From contig NW_021826829.1 of assembly GCF_006345805.1 (NCBI RefSeq), forward strand, positions 1 to 12,257: a stretch of DNA of 12,257 bases. Direction: 5' to 3'. This document shows positions 1 to 9,053 of this stretch, in pieces. The stretch's first letter is position 1, and each line of letters starts with the position of its first letter. A program made the position numbers and the translations under genes. The notes below the pieces were generated by a model that was given only the letters and a program-made list of their open reading frames with translations, searched no databases and was not told the origin of the DNA. The stretch is from Octopus sinensis. Lineage: Eukaryota.

Positions 1-403
1 GTGTGTGCATGCGTGTGTGTAGAAATTTCTTGTTTATGTGCTGAAAATACGGAAGAAAAATAATCCTGCATCAGATGAAACCATGAAACACTAAGAAATC
101 AGAATTCATTAAATTTGTTTCATAGAAGTGAGCATTTGATGACTTCAGAAAATGTCTGCAGAAATCTGTTAAGTCAATTTTCTTTTACTTTGTTTCAAGG
201 AAAGTCATCTTCTTGTATATATATTTGGAAGTTTGTCAGTATAATATGGTTTGTGAAATAAAAATGTAAGAATTAAAAGAATAATAAAAAGCAGCAGAAT
301 TTTGCTCAGACAAATGTTGCAAAGAAGACATTTGTTATAGAGAATTGGCTATTATGTCCAGACACACACACACTCGCACACCCATATACTGTGTATGTTA
401 CCA

Positions 404-496
404 TATATATATATATATATATAATATATATATATATATATAAATTAATATATATATATAAATATATGAGTGTGGTGTGTATATATATATATACAT

Positions 497-527
<31 letters not shown>

Positions 528-592
528 CATATATATACATACATATATATATATATACCTACATTCTCGTATGTATTTGTGCATATATATAT
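404..592. repeat. Imperfect (TA)n/(TACA)n microsatellite
   Basis: Seen directly; explains the YI-rich ORFs 306-629, 391-594 and 477-671. Confidence 0.95.
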
Positions 593-1039
593 AGGTATGG
601 TTAATATTAATTTCAGAATTATAGGTCAAAGAAATATTAAAACAAAATATTATGTAATATTGAGACTATAGGGACAATGACGATAGATTTATTATGAAAT
701 TCGTTTAGCATATGAATATAAAGTCCTCACGATTTGTTAGCTGAACGTCACACTAATGTCAAAGGCTACACTCACATTCATACATGCATACATGCGCGCA
801 TTTATACACATACTTCTATAAATACAAATACGCCCACGTGTTTACATACACGCACACACATGCACACATACATACAAACACACATATACATATGAAATTT
901 AATACACCAAAATAGGACTAGAAGTCTATGCCATTAAAACTCATGTGTTTACAGATGTTTCTGCTAAAAAAAGGCAGTGTATTCAGAGCTGCTTCCTCAT
1001 AGTTTTAAAAATGAAGTGTAAGTTTATTTGGGAATGCAT

Positions 1040-1250
1040 TTCCTTTACTTCTACCAGTTATTTGGTGGCAGCTAAGTGGGAGCACCATTTTGAGGGGTTA
1101 TAATCGAACAAATCGTTCCCAGGAATTAGTTTTAAACCTGCTACTCTATCGGTCACTTTAGCTGAATCGTTAAGTTACGGAGGCGTAAACACATCAACAT
1201 TAGTTATCATGTCATGATGGGAGGGGGGAAACACAGGCACAAAGACACAC
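1040..1250 (-). mobile_element. Degenerate SINE, 3' half only (no tRNA-derived head), resembling the abundant octopus SINE family
   Basis: Motif order tttactt...ggagcacc...aatcgaacaaatcgttcccagga...ctatcggtc...gttaagttacgg...cgtaaacacatcaacat...gggggaaacacag...cacac matches my recollection of the reverse complement of the common Octopus SINE 3' region, ending at its internal (CA)/(TA) tract. Family assignment is from memory and needs a Dfam/Repbase search. Confidence 0.65.
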
Positions 1251-1290
1251 ATACACACTCACACACACCTATACATATATATATAAGAAG

Positions 1291-1666
1291 AAAAAGAAAA
1301 TGGAGATTGGGTCGTTAATAATTGTTTATTATTAACAGCAACTTAATGTTCTTCACCTACAGCTATTTCTTCGACTATTTCATGTCAAAACTGAAACAAT
1401 AACATCTCCATTGTAAAGTGAGATAATAGTTTTAGTTTTAATACATTCACAGTAATAGTTTCACTATGTATATAATATATACTTAGTGAAACTATTAAAA
1501 GTGAAACTATTATCTCACATTAGACACACACACACATATATATATATATTATGTATTTAATATTTGATATTTACTGATTATTAATTGAAATAATTGTAAG
1601 TGAATATAATTTAATTTGCTGTTCATAATAAACAACTATTAACTTCACAATCTCTATTTTCTTTTT
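1291..1666. repeat. Nested inverted repeat (fold-back); outer arms probably two PLE termini in opposite orientation, or MITE TIRs
   Basis: 1291-1369 aligns to the reverse complement of 1587-1666 (7 mismatches in the first 56 nt); inner arms 1418-1439/1497-1518 (2 mismatches) and 1453-1474/1476-1497 (1 mismatch). Flanked by TA-rich tracts. Confidence 0.85.
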
Positions 1667-1689
1667 TTTATATGAATATAAACTATATG

Positions 1690-1766
1690 TTTATATATCT
1701 CTATATATATCTAACAATCTATCTATATAATATATATATATATATATAATAATAATATGATATATA

Positions 1767-1800
<34 letters not shown>

Positions 1801-1804
1801 CATA

Positions 1805-1836
<32 letters not shown>

Positions 1837-1853
1837 GTAATAATAATAATAAT
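1690..1853. repeat. (TA)n followed by (AAT)n microsatellite
   Basis: Seen directly; the (AAT)n tract is about 1768-1853. Confidence 0.95.
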
Positions 1854-1947
1854 ATTAGGGAGTATATCCAAATTTACAGGGAAAAATTAGATTTAGGATT
1901 AAATCAAATTTCGCAGTTGCCTAATAGTCGGTTTATATTAATTTGAT

Positions 1948-1995
1948 TTATATATATATTATAGATATATATATCTATAATATATATATATATAT

Positions 1996-2028
<33 letters not shown>

Positions 2029-2085
2029 ATATTATATTATATATAATATATATTATTATATATATTATATTATATTATATTATAT
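1948..2085. repeat. Imperfect (TA)n/(TATAT)n low-complexity tract
   Basis: Seen directly. Confidence 0.93.
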
Positions 2086-2089
2086 TTAT

Positions 2090-2345
2090 CCAACGAATGA
2101 GCATTTCACTTTCTCGACACAACCAGAAATCATCATGATATTATTCCTTCCCCAAAACAATCTAGATGTTATGCAACTCCTCACCTGTTTTCCCATACTC
2201 CCATTCGTTTGCCCCCAAATCTAGTGTTTTCATTATCGAATGACTGGTTATTGAAGGATAGAAATTTAGTATATCTACATGCATCATTGTGCAAATTTCC
2301 TCACTTTCATCTCGGGATATCATTCTTGTTGGTCTAAATGTCACA
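2090..2345 (-). pseudogene. Degraded Penelope-like reverse transcriptase fragment
   Basis: ORF 2162-2344 gives CTMMHVDILNFYPSITSHSIMKTLDLG, fitting the PLE RT motif-A pattern hD[IV]xx[FL]YPSI; downstream YHDDFW lies beyond stops. Short and decayed; no YxDD motif is present. Confidence 0.55.
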
Positions 2346-2973
2346 TCACAAAATGGAAAAATAGAGGAAAAGACTGCTTTTCTATGAAACTAATTAAAAA
2401 ATAAATTCGTTTGCTAAATATAAATCACTCTGGCTTTGATGGGTTAATTATTCACACACAGATAAATTCATACTTTAATAAAGTTGTTTATGTGTTATAA
2501 AAGCAAACCTTCGTATCAGTCATCATACACAAACAACTTTGGCTTTGCAGCTGACAGTTTGTCTTCAAGTATACGAGAACTATAAGACTTTTCTTTTAAA
2601 AAAAAGTACTTCGTCATACACAACAATCAATGTTTGTGTAAAGGAAGCTTTATAGCAGCATAATCTCTTTAATAAATCTTTCGTTCTTTCTATGAGTATG
2701 TATCTATACGTACATATATATTATATATTGCACATATACACGCTCATTCGCACACATGCACACATATATGTGTATCTGTATGTATATATTTTTCTAGTAG
2801 AAAATTTATCGATGAACACAAGTTTATATCATTGGTTTCTACCTGCGTTTCACGATCATCCTCCTTTGGAACATTTTGTTTGGTATTTTCCGCGTTCAAT
2901 TCGGTGCTAAATCGCAAAGGATCATTCGGCAACACGTCAGTGCATGGTGTTTCAGGGAATTAAATTAAAACAT

Positions 2974-3343
2974 AACTAGAGCACTAGAGAGAGCATGCAT
3001 CCGCCAAGGTAACACCAACGTCCTCTCAACGATTATTCGGAGAAGATTTTTAAAATGAGAATATCTGAAATAAACTTGACTGCACTCACAGACAGGAATA
3101 CTAAAGATGAACCTGATTGCTCTCAAATAAAAAGTTAAAAAAAACGGAAAAATAATCCAGAATACATGTCCGGTACCGTTTGTATCCGAAAACCTAATCA
3201 GTTCGAGAGAGTCATGAGGCCGAACATCCTTGAAAGTTTCATTCGAATTCATCCAGCAGATCTTGAGATATCTTGTCCACGGACAAACAAACAAACAAAC
3301 ACGACTGAAAACAATACCTACGCCTTCGCTATGGCAGAGGTAA
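2974..3343 (-). mobile_element. Non-autonomous Helentron-associated element (HINE/DINE-1-like)
   Basis: On the minus strand: 5' TTACCTCTGCC with a nearby inverted copy (arms 3315-3324/3333-3342), (GTTT)n at 3283-3300, a matching subterminal repeat GGCGGA near 3000-3005, a decayed short stem-loop (2981-2994), and a CTAGTT end. This subTIR + IR + tetranucleotide repeat + 3' hairpin layout is the established DINE-1/HINE architecture. Confidence 0.72.
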
Positions 3344-3447
3344 CTAGCAATAGTACTTGCTTAAGCACTATATTGAAGCAGACTGAACGGTGATAATCTA
3401 TATGGAACTTTAAACTTAACAGTGTCAGCCTTACATACTTTAATAGC

Positions 3448-3543
3448 TATATATATATGCATACATACATATGTATACACACACACACGCACGTACACAA
3501 ACACACTCACTCACACACACACACAAACTCACACACATATATA
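3448..3543. repeat. Compound (TA)n/(CA)n microsatellite
   Basis: Seen directly. Confidence 0.9.
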
Positions 3544-4077
3544 CTTATGATATTTCGCCTACAATGGAAAATGTCTATAAGTGTACCTTGATGCATTATA
3601 CACAGAGCCAAATCAGTTTATGAAACCTGAATATTAAATAGCATTTCGGGTGAAATATTGAGATTCCAGTCTAAATATGCGCAGACAATTTCATAGTGGA
3701 ATGGTCAGATGAAAGTATATCAGTCTGTAAACAAAATGTGTCTACAGGATAAAGACACCGGCTGTAATGGGAATGGGAAATGCAGAAGAATAGCAAAGGT
3801 CAGCAGAGGTCAGTAATACTTTTTCATGTGAAAAATAGAACTATGGATTCTTGCCAAATTTTCAAAATGAGTTTCGGGTGTAAGAAAGTGATGGCACCGA
3901 TGCTGTTTTCCGCTTTTTTCACTTTCATTTCCTATTTTTCTATATCTTCTATTTCTGTAATTGCTAGAGATTAATTACAACTACTCATATATATAACATA
4001 TACATAAACACAGACATTTATATACATACATACGGACATACACATACAATCACACACAAACACACACATCACACATA

Positions 4078-5332
4078 TTGGGTCTTCTCATAAATAATGC
4101 GGTTTTTTATACTTCTTTTTATTTTTCAAAATTAAGATAAACAAATTTCTTTTTTAAACTAAAATATACTCTTTTTCATTTTCTACAATGCTCTTCCAAC
4201 TATCAGGTAGACTTGCAAGGTCCTTCTTCCAAATTCCACTTTTCCTTGGCGAAAATGACTTCTCCAATAATGTTCTCATCTCGTCTACAGAATTCATATT
4301 GTTTCCGTCCAAATGATTCTGAAGACTGCGAAATAAATGATAATAAGATGGGGCAATGTCCAGCGAATATGGTGGATGGAGCATCGTTTACTATTCAAGC
4401 TACTCCAGCTTTTGGAATGTCATCTTCACTGCACGTGATCGAACATTATCATGATGGAAGAACAACTTTAGTTTTGAAACCAAAGATGGTTACTCTACTT
4501 CTAGCGCTGATTTGACCCTCTCAAGCTGCTATCTGCAGATCTCCTTTGTTATCATTTGGTTTGGGTTAAAACGTTCAAATTGGACTAAACCTGTCATATC
4601 CCACCAAACAGATAAAAACATTTTAGGTGGATGAAGACCTTCTTTAGCCCGGAGTGTCGGTGCTTCGTTTTGGCCTACCCGGTGTCTTCGGCGTTTCACA
4701 TTTTTATAGAGAAATCTTTTCTCGTCAATAGTCCCTATTCGGTCCAAAAAGGTTCATTCATAAGATGTGACAGCAAAGAAGAGCATACATTCACTCTCTG
4801 CGCGCGATTAGACTCGGAAAGTTTGTGAGGAACACACTGAGCCAATTTGCTGACTTTTTCGATGGCATGCAGGCGGCGATGAATGGTTGAATGACCAAAT
4901 CCAAGATTCACTGCTAGTTCATTAATAGTTACCATGAGATTTTTCCTACCAGGTTTTGCAGAATGTCTTCGTCGAGCTCTACAGATCTTCCAGGACGAGG
5001 CTCATCTTCTAAGCTGTAGTTTCCAGCTCAGAATTTCTGGAACCGCCATTGACAACACGCTTATTGTCGAATCTCTTATACTGCATTAATATTCCTCGCA
5101 CTTTACGTTACGTTGTTACCTGTATTGAACTCATAAAGTCAAATATGCTGAATATGTACGCTTGTAACTTCCATCATAGCTTTGAAAAAATAACTGTTAA
5201 AATCAAACTGCGTTCCCCAAAATTTGCACTAAGGAAAAGTCCTGGGTAAAATCCCCACCTGCTTTTATAGCAAGTTGATGCAGGTAGTTTATCCTGTTTC
5301 CCTCCGACTTTTACTTCATGCAATTGATCCAA
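4078..5332 (-). mobile_element. Mariner (Tc1/mariner, DD34D) DNA transposon, near full length, inactive
   Basis: About 1.25 kb, flanked by TA at 4076-4077 and 5333-5334. Left end TA-ttgggtc; the right end reads TA-ttggatc on the reverse strand. Contains a decayed mariner transposase. Confidence 0.92.
4154..5177 (-). pseudogene. Mariner transposase pseudogene with multiple stops and frameshifts
   Basis: ATG at 5177; motifs in order: LYEF, EDEPRPGRS, HSTIHRRL, CVPHKL (=WVPHEL), TIDEKR (=TGDEKW), LSVWWD, HHDNVRS (=HDNARPH), YSLDIAPSYYHLF (=YSPDLAPSDYHLF). I count 34 codons between the HDN Asp and the third catalytic position, which is Tyr here. Stop at 4154-4156. Confidence 0.95.
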
Positions 5333-5348
5333 TATATATATATATATA

Positions 5349-5961
5349 AGTTAAATTATATTCTGTTAAGGAAATATTAGAGTACAGACTATAGGTCGTC
5401 TACCTTGAGGTTTCAGCTAGTTCTATCCAACAGTTGTATTAATCCCACTGCCAGATTTGCGTTGGGACTTGTGTTGTGTGTGAAAGGATAATTGAATAAG
5501 ATGGAGTTAGCAAGAAGGAGTGGAGAATAATATTTATTTATAATCACTACGATTGTTTCCACCCAACATAGTTCTCCAGGTTCGCAGGTATTTGGTTATG
5601 TAACTGTTTCCGTACATTATGAGATCTTGTGCTTCAACAGGTGATATATAATTATTGTTTCTGTGTTTCATAACTTCAAATTCTCGGTTTCCACCGCATC
5701 CTTTCTGTCTCTTGTGGCTATACGTGATAGTCGTAACCACTCAGTGTATCGGAATATGTGTTGCGGTTAAAAATCTGTTGCTGGATATGCTTTAAATGTA
5801 TAGATGGCGTGTGAGGGTGGCTATGCTATGCCTGGTAAGTATTGAGTTTCATATTAAAGGGTGTGCTAGTCGATTTCTTTATATTAGTAATTCATTCTTC
5901 ATGGTCGCTTAGCCCTTGCAATTGCAATTACCTGACCTTCAAGAATTTACCGGGGATTCAG
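5349..5961. mobile_element. Unclassified interspersed-repeat candidate between (TA)n tracts, possibly PLE terminal sequence
   Basis: Complex sequence bounded by TA repeats; contains a hammerhead 3' half on the minus strand (GAAACC-TCAA-GGTA, 5401-5414). No recognisable protein. Confidence 0.35.
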
Positions 5962-6106
5962 TTGTAGAACTTACATGTATATATACATCGTTCTATATAG
6001 ATCCACATATATACACACCCATATATATACATACATACATATATAGAGAGATAAATATATACGCGTATATATATATATATATAAATAGAGAGAGAGATAA
6101 ATATAT

Positions 6107-6312
6107 AGTTAATCCAGACGAGAAAGCACAAAAAAACACAGCAACGCGAGGACGTGGAACAAATATAGTATTATTGGACGCTCAGGAAAGAAAGAAAGAA
6201 GGATTGTTTAACATTTCGAGCGGAGCTCTTCGTCGGAAACTTAGGAGAAGGAAAGATCCAGAGAAGGGAAGACAGAGGAAAAAATCGCCAACGGTACACA
6301 CTAGGTCACATT
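6107..6312 (-). mobile_element. Short PLE-terminus (pLTR-like) or retrozyme-like segment inserted in (TA)n
   Basis: About 200 bp between TA tracts, carrying a minimal type I hammerhead, the established hallmark of PLE terminal repeats. Confidence 0.6.
6206..6240 (-). ncRNA. Minimal type I hammerhead ribozyme-like motif with a variant core
   Basis: Minus strand reads GUUU-CCGACGA-A-GAG-CUCCG-CUC-GAAA-UG-UU-AAAC: stem I GUUU/AAAC, core CCGACGA (canonical CUGANGA), stem II GAG/CUC, GAAA, near-palindromic minimal stem III AUGU, GUU cleavage triplet. Confidence 0.65.
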
Positions 6313-6337
6313 TTGAAAAAAGATAAATATATACATG

Positions 6338-6341
<4 letters not shown>

Positions 6342-6415
<74 letters not shown>
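6342..6415. repeat. Perfect (TA)n microsatellite
   Basis: Seen directly. Confidence 0.97.
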
Positions 6416-6416
<1 letters not shown>

Positions 6417-6917
6417 TTGTAGACGAATGTGACATTAAAAACCTAGAAACTAAAAAAATATTTTAGCCACTTTGTTCTTGCGTGTGTAATGTTCATATAG
6501 ACATTGCATCTGCTTGATCACGAGAACATGATATTCAATGTATTCTAGAAAATAAAGATGCGTCAATAATGCTGAGAGCAGTAATGACATTTTACGCCTC
6601 TTGACAAACATAGGGATCTATTCACCTATGAATCATGCAAATCATAGTGTAAATCATTCTGGCGAAGTATCTAATATTATATCAGTCGTAAGATCAACGA
6701 GAAAATGGTTTCCCTAATTTGCATAACATTTGGGGCGTTGGCGAATTGAATTAAGACGCAAAATTCTCTTGTTGCAAACGAATTCCTTTATGCATCCCTT
6801 TATTAGAAATAAAAATAAATGATCTCAGAAGAAAGCAATACACCTGATTTTATCTGGCAAATCTCCTTATCATATAACTGAGGAGTGTTGCTTATTATCC
6901 GCTCATTCACGTGCACA

Positions 6918-6997
6918 TGCATATACACATACATATATATGTGTGTGTGTGTATACATAGATATAGTATATATATATATGTATATATATGCATGTAC

Positions 6998-7040
<43 letters not shown>

Positions 7041-7075
7041 AATGTATATATATATATATATATATATGTACATGC

Positions 7076-7107
<32 letters not shown>

Positions 7108-7158
7108 ATGCATATGCATTTATAGATATATGTATATATGTGTATGTACACATATATA
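6918..7158. repeat. Compound (TA)n/(TG)n microsatellite
   Basis: Seen directly; explains five overlapping YI-rich ORFs. Confidence 0.95.
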
Positions 7159-8219
7159 ATAACACAGACGCATGTAAATGGAGCTTATATTCAGATGTGA
7201 AGAAGGGTGACGAACGTTTTTTAGGTGTAACATTAAAAAGAAAAATATATATATTATACGAAAATATACCATTAAGAAAATACATTTGTGCTAAATTATT
7301 GCCGAAAACAAGAAGTTGCACGTCAATTATTATGTCTCACAGTACAGGGTAACTGAAGAAAAAGGAGATTTTGTAGAAGATATGTGCAATACTTGTTACA
7401 CGACATAAACGTCAGGAAGAAAAAGAAAGTGTTTGATCGATAATGGAAAGCATAGATGGAAGTTGTGGCAACTGATAAGCTCCGATTCATTCGTGTAGGA
7501 TGCCATGATCATAAAACAGAGCAAATTATGTGACGTGCATATATCTATACTCACATACCTGCAATGTATATACTAAAATCTATATACGCTATGTGAAAAC
7601 GATCCCCTGATAAAATAAGCCTCACATATTACAAACTAGTGGTGTAATATAAGAATTAATGAAAGCGATGTACGAATGATATCATTGAAATAGTTTTATG
7701 ATTTGCGTTTGTTTCACATACAGGCATGCACTTACACACGCGCATACGAACGGAATCATACACACCTGACATACAAACATCTCTTGTAATGTAAGTAGAA
7801 TATGAGAAAATATTCATCCGAAATGTGACAAGTATCGTCACTGTTTTAAGCACTTTAGCGTCATGTATTTGTGATCATTAGTATCGCTGCGTTTGTTTAG
7901 GACAAAATATGAAGTGGTTATAATCCTCTAGTTGTAGTCATAATATGAATGGATGTAAATTGTCCGTCCGATTATTTGGTTTACGGCTACCTGCTATAAT
8001 TTGTGTGAAAGTATTAAGGCTTCAGTTCATTGTGTTGAGAATAAATACACACACTTTCATATACATCGTACATGTTCAGCTAGATTCGAGCACCAAAATA
8101 TACGGTTGCATGTGGGCATGCGTAAGACATCCAACTACGTATACAAGTTTCTAGACAAATAGACAGACAGACACACAAACATACACACAAACACAAACAT
8201 CACGCATTTATGCTTATAA

Positions 8220-8230
8220 ATCTATCTATC

Positions 8231-8302
<72 letters not shown>

Positions 8303-8364
8303 AATATCTATATCTATATATATATATATATATATATATGTCTGTCTGTCTGTCTATCTATCTC

Positions 8365-8415
<51 letters not shown>

Positions 8416-8438
8416 ATCTATCAATCTATCTATCTATC

Positions 8439-8496
<58 letters not shown>

Positions 8497-8538
8497 AATC
8501 TATCTATCTATCTATCTATCTATATATGTATATATATA

Positions 8539-8571
<33 letters not shown>

Positions 8572-8572
8572 G

Positions 8573-8617
<45 letters not shown>

Positions 8618-8618
8618 A

Positions 8619-8687
<69 letters not shown>

Positions 8688-8694
8688 CTCTCTC
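8220..8694. repeat. Compound (TATC)n/(TA)n/(TGTC)n array (GATA/GACA type), ending in (TC)5
   Basis: Seen directly; explains the SIYL-repeat ORFs. Confidence 0.97.
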
Positions 8695-8907
8695 GACATG
8701 GACGGACGCTAGTCAAATGGGCTCCACGTAAGTTGGCCACTTTTACATGTTTAAAACTCTTTGTCGTCAAATATTTTATTTTAATCGTTGTGCAAGTTCA
8801 TTCACTAAAAAACCTGAGAATTATTCACGTAGAATTCCGCCCCTGTATGGGCGAAATTACCAAAAACTTTCAAAACTTCCGTGGGTTCCTTTTAGCCATT
8901 TTTCACT

Positions 8908-9021
8908 TTGAAAATAGCAACTAGAAACCACGTGGCTAGCCCGCCAGTCAGGCGGAACGATAGCGAAACACTACTGCTACCACTAGCTGCTAAACCTCGC
9001 AGCTTGAACACCGCTGTCACC

Positions 9022-9053
<32 letters not shown>

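Noticed and set aside
306-671. Three YI-rich ORFs
   Set aside because: Translations of (TA)n, which lacks stop codons.
1854-1945. Short complex segment between microsatellites with minus-strand CCGACUA...GCA-AC-UGC-GAAA
   Set aside because: Core, spacing and stems fit a hammerhead too poorly; it may be another repeat end, but I cannot support that.
2965-3393. ORFs on both strands over the HINE-like element
   Set aside because: No recognisable domains; the structure indicates a non-coding element.
4154-5177. Possible domesticated SETMAR-like gene
   Set aside because: Many stops and frameshifts, no SET domain, and transposon ends with TA flanks.
5916-6326. 136-aa ORF with a basic C-terminus
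   Set aside because: Runs across a microsatellite and a purine-rich repeat antisense to the hammerhead; no protein motif.
6803-7352. Five overlapping ORFs up to 172 aa
   Set aside because: Microsatellite translations with no domain signal.
7260-7500. Purine-rich stretch with a CNTC motif (possible exon or transposase remnant)
   Set aside because: Short, interrupted by stops, with no convincing splice sites or family motif.
8210-8924. SIYL-repeat ORFs
   Set aside because: Translations of (TATC)n.
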